From: Dehalococcoidia bacterium
Lineage (GTDB): Bacteria > Chloroflexota > Dehalococcoidia > Lucifugimonadales > UBA3495
Direction: 5' to 3'
Length of the DNA stretch: 64,000 nt
Assembly: GCA_965216065.1 (NCBI GenBank)
Contig: CBDCFB010000002.1
Coordinates: 756 to 64,755, forward strand
Shown here: positions 1 to 8,772 of the stretch, piece after piece
Layout of the letters: every line of letters begins with the position of its first letter
How positions within the stretch are numbered: the first letter of the stretch is position 1
The notes under the pieces: model-generated
The model's input: the letters and a program-made list of their open reading frames with translations, nothing else
What the model was told of the DNA's origin: nothing
Databases searched by the model: none
Program-made: the position numbers and the translations under genes

Positions 1-292
1 GGGTTGCGCCGGTGCATCCCTCTCATCCGTACTTGGAGAACGACCCGGCTCCGTCGTTTGCCCCCACCATCTGCGCATTTCACCTTGGCTTTAGTTTAGG
101 GCGACGGGATGTGCCCATCGGTCACCCAGTTCAGACCGCTCACCGGATGGATTGCGAGCTTGATAGAAAGTTTGCCCGCATTCGTGAGTGATAGTAATAT
201 GGCTTTCGCCGATGATGATGGGTTGGTGTTGGATCCAGTCAGCTGAGTATGGAGAATCCCAGCGAAAGGCCCAGTACAAGGAGGCGAAGCCC

Positions 293-1207
293 ATGCTTTC
301 ACACAACTACACGTACCAAGAGTGTCTGAACATCTCGAAGAGGGTCTCGTGGGTGGAAGACGATGTCTTGGCCGACAAGAATTTCGACTTCTCGAAACGC
401 TTTCTGCCCAATAGGTTGACCGGTGTAGACGAGATCGGATGTTTGAACGACAACGAGAAGCTTCAACTGAATCAGATTATGGGTAACGGCTATTGCCACA
501 TCTTCGCGTTCGTGGAGGAGTTTATCGTCCCCACCGTCACGGAAGAGGCTATGAAGGATGTCTATGGGGATGAAGTCAGGGCCCGCTCGTTGTTGCGGTT
601 CGCTGAGGAAGAGCTCAAGCATCAGGAGCTGTTTCGGAGATCGGTCGAACTATTCGGCCGGGGTTTCGGCAGTGAGTGCGGCTTAATCCCTGGTCGGGAA
701 GAGGTGGCGAAAGTAGTTCGGAGCAAGTCGAAGCTGGCCGTCATGGTTTTGACCGCGATTATCGAATGGTTCACCCAGCTCCACTACATAGAGCATGTGC
801 GCGACGAGTCGGACCTCGATGGGCTGTTCCGGGATCTCTTGAGGTTTCATTGGATGGAAGAGGCGCAGCACGCCAAGCTGGACACGTTGCTAATCGGCGA
901 AGTAGCCGAGCACTTGACCCTTCAAGAGCGGGAGACAGCAATCGATGAGGTTCTGGAGCTTGGTGGGGCGATCGACGGGCTCCTGGCACAGCAGATTGAG
1001 CTGAACATAGAAGCTCTTGAGAAGGCGACAGGACGGACGTTCACGGCTGCCGAGAAGGAGGAGATCATGACGAAGACGCAGCGGGCGTGGCGGTGGACCT
1101 TCCTCGTATCTGGACTGGAGCACCCGAACATCGTCAAAGCGATCGGTGAGCTGACTACATTAGGGCCAGGGAAAATAGAGGGCGTTGCCGCAGCGCTCTC
1201 AGCGTAG
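293..1207 (+). CDS. Ferritin-like diiron-carboxylate protein (AurF/N-oxygenase-like family, tentative)
   Basis: Long ORF 188..1207. ATG at 293 is preceded by AAGGAGG (277-283). Two ExxH motifs (EEELKHQ, MEEAQHAK) plus further conserved E/H positions (FVEEF, IEWFTQLHYIEH), as in four-helix-bundle diiron oxygenases. Confidence 0.6.
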   Translation: MLSHNYTYQECLNISKRVSWVEDDVLADKNFDFSKRFLPNRLTGVDEIGCLNDNEKLQLNQIMGNGYCHIFAFVEEFIVPTVTEEAMKDVYGDEVRARSLLRFAEEELKHQELFRRSVELFGRGFGSECGLIPGREEVAKVVRSKSKLAVMVLTAIIEWFTQLHYIEHVRDESDLDGLFRDLLRFHWMEEAQHAKLDTLLIGEVAEHLTLQERETAIDEVLELGGAIDGLLAQQIELNIEALEKATGRTFTAAEKEEIMTKTQRAWRWTFLVSGLEHPNIVKAIGELTTLGPGKIEGVAAALSA

Positions 1208-1266
1208 CACTAGAGCCCCGGGTGGTCGCTTGGAGTGTCGGACGGTCCTGAAATCGCAACCTCCTG

Positions 1267-1782
1267 CTAGGGGGTGTCGTCAATTTAGTGCAGCAGGATT
1301 GGGAAACGATATTTCAGACCGGGTATGGGAAATCTTGGTCTCCAATACTCCCATTGCCCGAAAGCGGGCAACTCCCAGAATGCCGGTAGCTGGACGCATT
1401 TGCTGCCAATGGCCGGGGTCTTTACCGCCCAAGAGCAACCGGAAGGAAAAGCGGGGATTCAAGTTGCGGCTTTGGAGAACGTTTCGGGCAATGACGGTGA
1501 CCTGGCCATATCGGGATGGCGACACTCCCTAGGAACAACGTCTCCAATACTAATGAAACTATGCCGAATTTGAGACCGAAAGTACCAAATCGGTGTTAGT
1601 GCGGCTGTAGTATTAGGGGGTGTCGTCATATTCACCGTCATTCCCTCGAAAGCCGGAATCCAAAGGCTATTGGCAGCAAATGCGTATTTGCCAGCTACCG
1701 GATTCTGGATTCCGGCTTTCGAGGGAATGACGGAAACAGACGCTTGCAGACCGATATTCTTAAATTGCCGACACTCCCTAGA
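1267..1782. repeat. Cluster of nested palindromic REP/MITE-like repeats
   Basis: ctagggggtgtcgtca (1267-1282, 1613-1628) pairs with gcgacactccctag (1519-1533, 1768-1782). Perfect 25-bp inverted repeat gtcattccctcgaaagccggaatcc at 1637-1661 / 1707-1731. A further inverted pair ccggtagctgg..gcatttgctgcc lies near 1383 and 1672. The ORFs here are translations of the repeats. Confidence 0.65.
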
Positions 1783-1980
1783 AAGCGGAGTTCGTTTAAG
1801 GGATATTAGGAGACGCCGTTTAGTGATAGCATTATTTGGCGCAATTGCGTTGCTGATGACAGGAGCAATTTCAGCAGTCAGTGTTTGAGGATATGAATCC
1901 GGGTAAAAAGCCTGTATATGTAGCTATAAGAGTCAATTACGAATTAGAGACAAATTTCGTTAATAATCAGGAGGTTCCCT

Positions 1981-2898
1981 ATGGAACGCAGAGTCCCCAC
2001 AAAAGAAGAAGTGTTGGCATACTTGAAGGACGACCGCAACTGGGGCCGTTGGGGCGACGACGATCAGGTCGGCGCAGTCAACATGATCACTCCGGAGAAG
2101 CGCATCGAGGCCGCCGGGCTGGTCAGGTCGGGACGGGCCGTGTCCCTCAGCCGCGAATTCCCTTCCATTCCCGCGCCCAACAACCCTACCCCGGCCATTC
2201 ACTACATGAAGAAGGTCTACCGCAGCCCCACCGCCGGGTTCTCCGCCGACTACTACGGCATCTCCTACCACGGCACGGCCACCACCCACCTCGACGCACT
2301 CTGTCACGTCTGGGACGAAAACGGGATGTGGAACGGCCGCAACCCCGATGAGGAGATAACCATGGACGGCGCCCAGTGGGGTGCGGTGCATCACTGGAAG
2401 GAGGGCCTCATCACCCGGGGCGTGCTGCTGGACGTTCCCAAGCACCGGGGTGGGGCCTACGTCACCATGGACACCCCCATCCACGGCTGGGAGCTGGAGG
2501 ACATCGCCCAGGAGCAGGGCGTGGAAATGCGCCCCGGCGATGCGCTGCTGGTCTACGGCGGGCGAGAATCCTGGAACGCCGACGGCAATCCGATCTGGGG
2601 CAGCGAGCCCCTGGAGCGCCCCGGCCTGCACATGAGCTGCCTGAAGTTCATCCGCGAGTCCGACGTCTGCCTGTTGGGATGGGACATGATGGACCACACG
2701 CCCAACGGCTACGACCTGAGCTGGGCGGTGCACGGCTCCATCTTCGCCTACGGCATCGGCCTGCTGGACAACGCCCTGCTGCAACCGCTGGCCGAGGCCT
2801 GCGCCGAGGAGGGCCGCTACGAGTTCATGCTCACCATCAACCCGCTGCGGGTGGTCGGCGGCACCGGCTCCCCCGTCAACCCGGTTGCCATCCTGTAG
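1981..2898 (+). CDS. Cyclase family protein (kynurenine formamidase-like fold)
   Basis: 305-aa ORF. NWGRWGDDDQVGAVN start and HGTATTHLDALCHV metal-binding motif are typical of the putative cyclase family. Clean stop at 2896-2898. Confidence 0.8.
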   Translation: MERRVPTKEEVLAYLKDDRNWGRWGDDDQVGAVNMITPEKRIEAAGLVRSGRAVSLSREFPSIPAPNNPTPAIHYMKKVYRSPTAGFSADYYGISYHGTATTHLDALCHVWDENGMWNGRNPDEEITMDGAQWGAVHHWKEGLITRGVLLDVPKHRGGAYVTMDTPIHGWELEDIAQEQGVEMRPGDALLVYGGRESWNADGNPIWGSEPLERPGLHMSCLKFIRESDVCLLGWDMMDHTPNGYDLSWAVHGSIFAYGIGLLDNALLQPLAEACAEEGRYEFMLTINPLRVVGGTGSPVNPVAIL

Positions 2899-2994
2899 CC
2901 AACGGCGTCCGCCAGGCTAACTTGCGCAAAGAGGGGCAGATTTGGAACCTGCCCCCGCTGCTTGCCCTTATTGACCGCACGTAACCCGTGTTAC

Positions 2995-3198
2995 CTATTG
3001 AGTTTCGGCTTGAGAACCAGCCTCCGGGGTTTCGTAGATTGAGTTCTCAAAGGTCCGCACCTTGTGGCAGTTTTGGCACTCGCCCTGGCTGTGGCGGCCG
3101 TTGGCCGGCTCAATGATCCAATGATGCCGACAGACGGGGGCTTCCTCTATTATCACCGACATGACCAACGGCGCCGCCTGCGCCCTATCCAAAACCAT
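2995..3198 (-). CDS. Small zinc-ribbon protein (hypothetical)
   Basis: ATG at 3198 with GAGGAGG upstream. 67 aa with CRHHW...GECQNCHKVRTF cysteine/histidine pairs. Confidence 0.5.
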   Translation of the reverse strand: MVLDRAQAAPLVMSVIIEEAPVCRHHWIIEPANGRHSQGECQNCHKVRTFENSIYETPEAGSQAETQ

Positions 3199-3378
3199 AT
3201 CTCCCCTCCTCAAACCCTCAACTGGAAAAAAGAAAATAAAACAGTGGCGGATGGCCAAGCCTGTGCAAGAACCATGCGCCACATTCAACCTATCGGGAAA
3301 GGGTGGCCTGAGTCAATAATTTTGGCGCAATTCCCAAATAATTTTGAGAAATTGCGCCAAAGTCCGACCCGGACTCCG

Positions 3379-3576
3379 CTAGGCTGCCAGGTCCAGTTCC
3401 GCCAGCTCCGGCGGGCCGGAGGGTGGAGCGGCCGGCGCCTCCCGCCCTGCCCCGGCAGGGCTCTCGGTTACGAAGAAATAGCGCCCGCACTGCACGCAGG
3501 CCAAGTATGCGCCGTAGACGTCCTCGCCCGCGTAGAGGTCTCCGTGGCACTTGGAGCAGCCGCGCAACTTGAACAT
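3379..3576 (-). CDS. Small zinc-ribbon protein (hypothetical)
   Basis: ATG at 3576 with GGAGGA upstream. CSKC...CVQC pairs (MFKLRGCSKCHGDLY...ACVQCGRYF). Confidence 0.55.
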   Translation of the reverse strand: MFKLRGCSKCHGDLYAGEDVYGAYLACVQCGRYFFVTESPAGAGREAPAAPPSGPPELAELDLAA

Positions 3577-3781
3577 AACTGTCCTCCATTTGTCGCTTGC
3601 CAGCATCGATTCAGGAAACCGAACTGGGATGGTACACCCCTGAATCTTACAGCAGTATTACGAATTGCGAGTATATTTTCCCAGTCTTGCCGACAGCGCT
3701 TGTGGGCCGTAGAATGCCGGAAAGCTGCGATGGTCCGGCCCACCGGGCCGGCAGCGCCGCAGGCCGGGAGAGGAGAGCAGA

Positions 3782-4109
3782 ATGGCAGGACTGAACCATC
3801 CCCTGGAGAACGTCAGAGTCATCGACCTGGGGCACCACCAGGCCGGGCCCCGCTGCGCCCAGGTTCTGGCACGCATGGGCGCCGAGGTCATCAAGGTCGA
3901 ACGCCTCGGCGGAGAGGGGACCAGATACCACGGCCCCTGGGTCAGAAAGCAGTCCTCCTACTGGGTCCAGTACAACTCCGGCAAGAAGTCGCTGTCCATC
4001 GACCTCCACAAGGAAGAGGGCGCTGGGCTATAGCGAGGAGCAGATCGAGTCCTTCCGCCAAGGCCGCGTCATCTCCGAGGAACACTACTACGACGAAATA
4101 CCGGGGTAG
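3782..4109 (+). pseudogene. CaiB/BaiF family III CoA-transferase remnant (internal deletion)
   Basis: The N-terminal 80 aa (LENVRVIDLGHHQAGPRCAQVLARMGAEVIKVERL...YWVQYNSGKKSLSIDL) are typical of the family. They then jump, in another frame, to a C-terminal-like tail (YSEEQIESFRQGRVIS...). About 300 aa are missing. Confidence 0.7.
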
Positions 4110-4120
4110 GGACGCGGCTT

Positions 4121-4150
4121 CACCCTGACCCTCTCCCGGACGGAGAGGGA
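4121..4150. repeat. REP-like hairpin (ccctctcc-loop-ggagaggg family)
   Basis: caccctgaccctctcccggacggagagggaac. Same family as 7065-7095, 8361-8392 and 17782-17809. Sits just past a gene 3' end. Confidence 0.6.
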
Positions 4151-4175
4151 ACTTCAACGCAACGGCGAGAACTGT

Positions 4176-4882
4176 ATGGGCATCACATACGGCGGTGGAG
4201 GAGTAGCCACGGCCTTTCGCGGCATCGGCGAATCGCCCAAAGGCGAGGAGCACAAGATACCGGAAAGGCTGCTTTGGAAGCTGTGGAAACGCCGCGCCGC
4301 CCGGCAGGATGAGTTCCGCACAGGCGCGGGCTCCCGTATCCGAGTGCTGTACCCCGGCCGGTCCGGCACCGCCGCCGGTCCAGACTTCCGCGACGCCCTG
4401 CTGGATGTCGAGGGCCTCGGGCTGGTGCGCGGCGACGTGGAAATCCACCTGAAGCAGCGCGACTGGAAATCCCACGGCCACGGTGATGACCCCAACTACA
4501 ACGGCGTGGTGTTTCACGGCGCGCTGGAAGTGGACGAGGCGGAGACGGCGCTCCACAGCGGAGCATCCGCGCCGGTGGTGTCACTGTCCGGCCTGCTGGA
4601 CGGGACGGACGACGCCGACTCGGTTGATCCGGATGACGCTGAAGTAACTTCCGACCTGTGGGATTTACTGGCCCGTCGCGGCTATGCCTGTCCCGGCAGC
4701 GCAGAGGAGGCTGGCGCGCTGCTGGACCGGGCGGGCGATGAGCGGTTCCGGCGCAAGGCCGCGACTTTGGCCCGGTTCGCCGCCGGGCAGGGGCCGGAGC
4801 AAACGCTGTACGAGGCACTGCTGGAAGGGCTGGGCTACCGGCACAATCAGCAGACCTTCGTGAAGCTGGCGCAGGCGGCCCC
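4176..4882 (+). pseudogene. DUF2851 family protein, 5' part (split by IS66-family insertion)
   Basis: The segment ...VLYPGRSGTAAGPDFRDALLDVEG..GDVEIHLKQRDWKSHGHGDDPNYNGVV is typical of DUF2851. The frame continues in phase at 6320 once the IS and one target duplication are removed. Confidence 0.75.
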
Positions 4883-6311
4883 GTAACTGTTCAGACTTGA
4901 TGAGGCGAATTGGCAGAAAGTTGCCGAAAGAGCAAAGGGGGACAGTTTCGCGGTTATGTTAAACCTACAGCATGGATACGAGCCTTGACCTGACGGCCGC
5001 CCCCCGAGAAACCCTGTTGGCAATCATTGCCCAACAGCAGAACACTATCGCCCAGTTGCAGCGGCGGATAGAGGCGCTGGAGGGAAAGGCCAAACCGGGC
5101 GGCCCCAAAGGGATGCCCGGCATCAAGCCCAAGTCCGGCCGCCAGCAGACTCCCAGGGAGAAAGGTCCCAGGAAGCCCCGGCCCCACGGTTTCGCCCGCC
5201 AGCGCACGACTCCCACCCACCGGGTGGAGCACGTCTTGGACGCCTGCCTCCAGTGCGGCACCGGCCTGTCCGGCGGATGGACCCAGCGGACCCGGGAGGT
5301 CATCGACCTGCCAGTGGTTCCGGTCCAAGTCACCGAACATGTCTTCATCGCCAGGACTTGCCCAGTGTGTGAGAAACGCCGGGTGCCCAAGGTGGACTTG
5401 GGCGGGGTGGCGCTGGGGAAACAGCGGTTGGGCATCAACCTGCTCAGCCTGATGGCGGCCCTGCGGGAAGAGGGGAGGCTGCCCTTCCGCACCGTCCAGT
5501 GGTATCTGAGGACCGTCCACCAGTTGCGCCTGAGCCTCGGCGCCATCGTCCGGGCCATCCACCAAGTGGCCCGGCAGGCCCAACCGGCGGTGGACCGGAT
5601 TCTGGAGCGCATCCGGGGCAGCCCGGTGGTCCACGCCGACGAGACCGGCTGGCGGGAGGATGGCGCCAATGGCTACGCTTGGACTTTCAGCACTCCCACC
5701 GAGCGGTATTTCCTGCGGCGTGGCCGCCACAAGGAGGTGGTGGACGAGGTGCTGGACGAGTCCTTCAGTGGGGTGTTGGTCAGCGACTTCTATGCCGCCT
5801 ATCATCACTACCCGGGACTGAAGCAGCGGTGCTGGGTGCACCTGCTGCGGGACATCCACGACCTGAAGATCCTCTACCCCAAAGACCGGCAATTGGCCGG
5901 GTGGGCGGCGGCAGTCCATCACATTTACTCGGCGGCCAAGAGCTTCGCCCATCCCCAGGCACGGCAACGGCAGCGGGTCCAGCAGCAATTGGAGCGGAAA
6001 CTGCTGGCCCAGTGCCGTCCCTACGCCCAAGACCCGGCAGCCGCCCAAGGCAAGCTGTGCCGGCGTATCGAGAGGCACATCAAGGAACTGTTTGTCTTCG
6101 TGGCTGCCCCCGGCGTGCCCTCGGACAACAACGCTGCGGAGCGCAGCCTGCGGCCCTTGGTGGTCAGCCGCAAAATCAGCGGCGGCAGCTCGGGGCAGGG
6201 CACCGACACCAAGATGACCCTGGCTTCCCTCTTCGGCACCTGGCGGGTCCGGGGCCTCGATTTCGTGGAATGCCACAAGCTGCTGACTTCCCCTCAAGTC
6301 TGAACAGTTAC
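4883..6311 (+). mobile_element. IS66-family insertion sequence, single-ORF (ISBst12-like) type
   Basis: Perfect 18-bp terminal inverted repeats: gtaactgttcagacttga (4883-4900) and tcaagtctgaacagttac (6294-6311). Flanked by an 8-bp direct target duplication gcggcccc (4875-4882 and 6312-6319). Confidence 0.9.
4972..6303 (+). CDS. IS66 family transposase
   Basis: 443-aa ORF with a leucine-zipper-like N-terminus, a zinc-finger (CLQCG...CPVCEKRR), HADETGW and NNAAERSLRPLV motifs characteristic of IS66 TnpC. Confidence 0.9.
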   Translation: MDTSLDLTAAPRETLLAIIAQQQNTIAQLQRRIEALEGKAKPGGPKGMPGIKPKSGRQQTPREKGPRKPRPHGFARQRTTPTHRVEHVLDACLQCGTGLSGGWTQRTREVIDLPVVPVQVTEHVFIARTCPVCEKRRVPKVDLGGVALGKQRLGINLLSLMAALREEGRLPFRTVQWYLRTVHQLRLSLGAIVRAIHQVARQAQPAVDRILERIRGSPVVHADETGWREDGANGYAWTFSTPTERYFLRRGRHKEVVDEVLDESFSGVLVSDFYAAYHHYPGLKQRCWVHLLRDIHDLKILYPKDRQLAGWAAAVHHIYSAAKSFAHPQARQRQRVQQQLERKLLAQCRPYAQDPAAAQGKLCRRIERHIKELFVFVAAPGVPSDNNAAERSLRPLVVSRKISGGSSGQGTDTKMTLASLFGTWRVRGLDFVECHKLLTSPQV

Positions 6312-6857
6312 GCGGCCCCGTATGCAGCGTTGCGGCGGGCGGCGCTGCCGGTGCTGTCCGAGCAACGGCCGATGGTTCTCCGCCACTGGCTGCTTGCCGT
6401 ATCGGGCTTGGCCGACGGCGCATCCGCCGCTCCTTCACGCCTGCCGTCGGGACTTGGCCCCGCGATGGAGCGGAAGGAGTGGCATCTGTTCCGCGTCCGG
6501 CCGTCCAACCACCCGGCGGCCCGAATCGAGGGCGCGGCGGAACTGGTCGCGCGGTTCATGGAGCGCGGCCTGCTGGCGGGGCTGGCCGAGGCCGCCGCAT
6601 CCCCGAAACAACTGAGCGCCGCGCTGACGGTTGACGGTCGAGGTGGAGGCGCTGCTCCCATCGGTGTGGGCCGGGCGCGGGATCTGGCGGTCAACGCCGT
6701 CCTGTCGCTGCTGCATGGCCTGAACAGCGGCGCGAATTCTCCCTACTTGGCGCACTACCGCCGTTTCCCCAAGCTGCAAGGCAACGAGGTCGTCCGCGAG
6801 ATGGAGGAGCAACTATTGCCGAAGGAATGGCGGGCACAAGTCAACGCCAGCCGCCGA
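6312..6857 (+). pseudogene. DUF2851 family protein, 3' part (also hit by a MITE near its end)
   Basis: In frame 3: YAALRRAALPVLSEQRP...WHLFRVRPSNHPAARIEGAA...RARDLAVNAVL. The present ORF runs into the MITE at 6858 and stops at 6905. Removing the MITE restores ...VNASRRQQGLLHLAALLRGGS stop. Confidence 0.7.
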
Positions 6858-6990
6858 CAGGACGATTGCAAAGTAACGCCGCCCATTGGTGTTTGCTCAT
6901 CCTGAGCTTGTCGAAGGATGCCCGTTCAAGCCACCGATGGTTCGACAAGCTCACCATGAGCGGGATGCAAAGGACTTTGCAATCGTCCTG
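6858..6990. mobile_element. 133-bp MITE with 17-bp perfect terminal inverted repeats and 10-bp target duplication
   Basis: TIRs are caggacgattgcaaagt (6858-6874) and actttgcaatcgtcctg (6974-6990). Direct repeats cagccgccga lie at 6848-6857 and 6991-7000. The interior carries the PELVEG...FDKLTMSG/HHER-type repeat sequence. Confidence 0.8.
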
Positions 6991-7064
6991 CAGCCGCCGA
7001 CAGCAGGGCTTGCTGCACTTGGCCGCCCTGCTGCGGGGTGGGAGCTGATTCCGCAGAGGACGCC

Positions 7065-7095
7065 CTCACCCTAACCCTCTCCCAGAGGGAGAGGG
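7065..7095. repeat. REP-like hairpin (ccctctccc-aga-gggagaggg)
   Basis: ctcaccctaaccctctcccagagggagagggg lies immediately downstream of the cupin stop at 7104 and could act as a terminator-like hairpin. Confidence 0.6.
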
Positions 7096-7103
7096 GAGTT
7101 TTG

Positions 7104-7448
7104 TTAGTCCGGTTCGGCCAGGGGGATGGCGAGAGATGTGCGCATCCCGGCGTAAGGGGAGCGGGCGATGTGGCCGTGGCCCGACAGGTCCTCCGCCACC
7201 AGGATGTCGCCCGGCTCCATCTGTATCTTGGAGCCGTCGGCGCACTCGAACTCGGCTGTGCCTTCCAGGTTGACGACATACTGACGCCGCGGGGCGATGT
7301 GGTAGTCGGAGAAGTTGGGAGCTTCGCGGCGGTTGATGTTGATATCGCCGGGGCCGACCCGGTTCACGATGCCAGCCATCTCTTCAACGGGGACTTCCTC
7401 AAAGTGGGACTCGCCGTCGTCGCCGGCGAACACGCGGATTATCTTCAT
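7104..7448 (-). CDS. Small cupin-domain protein (paralog 1 of 4)
   Basis: ATG at 7448. MKIIRVFAGDDGESHF...DYHIAPRRQYVV...GDILVAEDLSGHGHIAR. Shares all motifs with the next three genes. Confidence 0.8.
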   Translation of the reverse strand: MKIIRVFAGDDGESHFEEVPVEEMAGIVNRVGPGDININRREAPNFSDYHIAPRRQYVVNLEGTAEFECADGSKIQMEPGDILVAEDLSGHGHIARSPYAGMRTSLAIPLAEPD

Positions 7449-7542
7449 TTCGTCTCTCTCAAGTGGGTGTTTAACCACAGAGAACACAGAGATTACTTTT
7501 CCTTAAGTCTCTGCGTCCTCTGTGCTCTCTGGGTGAATGCTC

Positions 7543-7881
7543 CTAGCCGGCCAGAGGCACGGCCAGCAGGACACGGGGTTCGTCGCCGAGGCCGCGGGCG
7601 ATGTGGCCGTGGCCGGTCAGGTCCTCGGCCACCAGGATGTCGCCGACGCCCATCTGGTACTTGGTGCCGTCGGCGCACTCGAACTCCGACAGCCCGCTGA
7701 GGCCCACCACGTACTGGCGGCGCGGCGCTGTGTGGTAGTCGGAGAACGAGGGCGACGGGCGCGTGTTCAGCTGCACGTCGCCGCTGCCCTTGTGCCTGGC
7801 AATCTCGGCGAACTCCTCGGTAGAGACCACCTGGAAGTGGGACTCGCCGTCGTCGCCCGAATAAACGCGAACTATGTTCAT
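7543..7881 (-). CDS. Small cupin-domain protein (paralog 2 of 4)
   Basis: 112 aa. MNIVRVYSGDDGESHF...DYHTAPRRQYVV...GDILVAEDLTGHGHIAR. Confidence 0.8.
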   Translation of the reverse strand: MNIVRVYSGDDGESHFQVVSTEEFAEIARHKGSGDVQLNTRPSPSFSDYHTAPRRQYVVGLSGLSEFECADGTKYQMGVGDILVAEDLTGHGHIARGLGDEPRVLLAVPLAG

Positions 7882-7980
7882 ATCGCTTTCTCCTGTGAGA
7901 ATTGGGACAGCCTGTGCCCGATGCCGCCTCCGGATTCCCGCTTCGCGGGGATGACGGTTGGAGCGCGCTAGGCGTTGACG

Positions 7981-8328
7981 CTACTGGTCGACCAGGGGGA
8001 CGGTGGCGGTTATGCACTTGCCGCCGCCGATGCTGCGGGTGGTGTGGCCCTTCCCGCTGGTGTCCTCCACCAACCGGGCGTCGCCGGGGCCGAACTGGTG
8101 CACCGATCCGTCGCCCACCCCAATCTCGATGCCGCCCTGGATGCAGATGACGTACTGGCGGCGCGGCGCCGGGTGCCAGTCGATGAAGTGGCCTGAGTCC
8201 CGCTCGCTGAAGGTGATGCTGGTTACGTTCCGGGGGTTGTTCAGTTCCGGGTGGTCGGCCAGGCTCTGCTCCTCGATGTGTGTCTGGCCGTCGTCGCCGG
8301 TGTACATCCGGTAGATTCCCATAGTCAA
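7981..8328 (-). CDS. Small cupin-domain protein (paralog 3 of 4)
   Basis: 115 aa (alternative start at 8322). MGIYRMYTGDDGQTHIEE...DWHPAPRRQYVI...GDARLVEDTSGKGHTTR. Confidence 0.8.
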   Translation of the reverse strand: MTMGIYRMYTGDDGQTHIEEQSLADHPELNNPRNVTSITFSERDSGHFIDWHPAPRRQYVICIQGGIEIGVGDGSVHQFGPGDARLVEDTSGKGHTTRSIGGGKCITATVPLVDQ

Positions 8329-8360
8329 CTCCTGAATATTACTTTTCTCAAGACAGGTTC

Positions 8361-8392
8361 CCTCCCCCTCTGGGAGAGGGTTAGGGTGGGGG
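8361..8392. repeat. REP-like hairpin (inverted orientation of the 7065 family)
   Basis: cctccccctctgggagagggttagggtggggg lies between cupin 3 and cupin 4. Confidence 0.6.
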
Positions 8393-8409
8393 CGTTCCTC
8401 CTGCCGGAG

Positions 8410-8745
8410 TCACGCCAGCGGAACTACGCAACTGATGCTGGGAGTGCCGCCCGGCACACGGGTGATGTGTCCTTTTCCGGTAGTGTCCTCCACCAGCCGG
8501 GCGTCGCCGGGGTTGAAGGTGTGGGTGGTGCCGTCGCCCAGCTCGATCTCGATGTTGCCGGACAGCGAGATGATGTACTGCCGTCGGGGCGCGGGGTGCC
8601 AGTCAATGAAATGCCCCGGAGCCCACTCCCGGAAGGTGATGGTCGAGACGGCGATAGCCTGCGACAGCTCCGGATGGTCAGCGATCTGGAGCTCCTCAAG
8701 ATGGCTCTGCCCGTCGTCGCCGGAATACAGGCGGTAGATACCCAT
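8410..8745 (-). CDS. Small cupin-domain protein (paralog 4 of 4)
   Basis: 111 aa. MGIYRLYSGDDGQSHLEE...DWHPAPRRQYII...GDARLVEDTTGKGHITR. Confidence 0.8.
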   Translation of the reverse strand: MGIYRLYSGDDGQSHLEELQIADHPELSQAIAVSTITFREWAPGHFIDWHPAPRRQYIISLSGNIEIELGDGTTHTFNPGDARLVEDTTGKGHITRVPGGTPSISCVVPLA

Positions 8746-8772
8746 GTCCTATTCTCCCGTAGCGTCGGTATG

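Noticed and set aside
91-306. Two overlapping minus-strand ORFs at the window start
   Set aside because: They overlap the RBS and start of the diiron protein gene and have no start context or recognisable motif. The region before 293 is probably intergenic.
1185-1888. Several 60-115-aa ORFs in both strands
   Set aside because: They are translations of the nested palindromic repeats (the same peptides arise from both arms). There are no RBS or start contexts.
4954-6438. 494-aa ORF on the minus strand
   Set aside because: It is antisense to the strongly conserved IS66 transposase and crosses the IS boundary. The Arg/Pro/Gly/Ala-rich composition is typical of spurious open frames in high-GC DNA.
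6827-7074. ORFs encoding ...SLSKDARSSHRWFDKLTMSG and PELVEGCPFKPPMVRQAHHERD
   Set aside because: These peptides are the well-known translation artefact of a dispersed repeat. Here the sequence is a MITE with terminal repeats and a target duplication.
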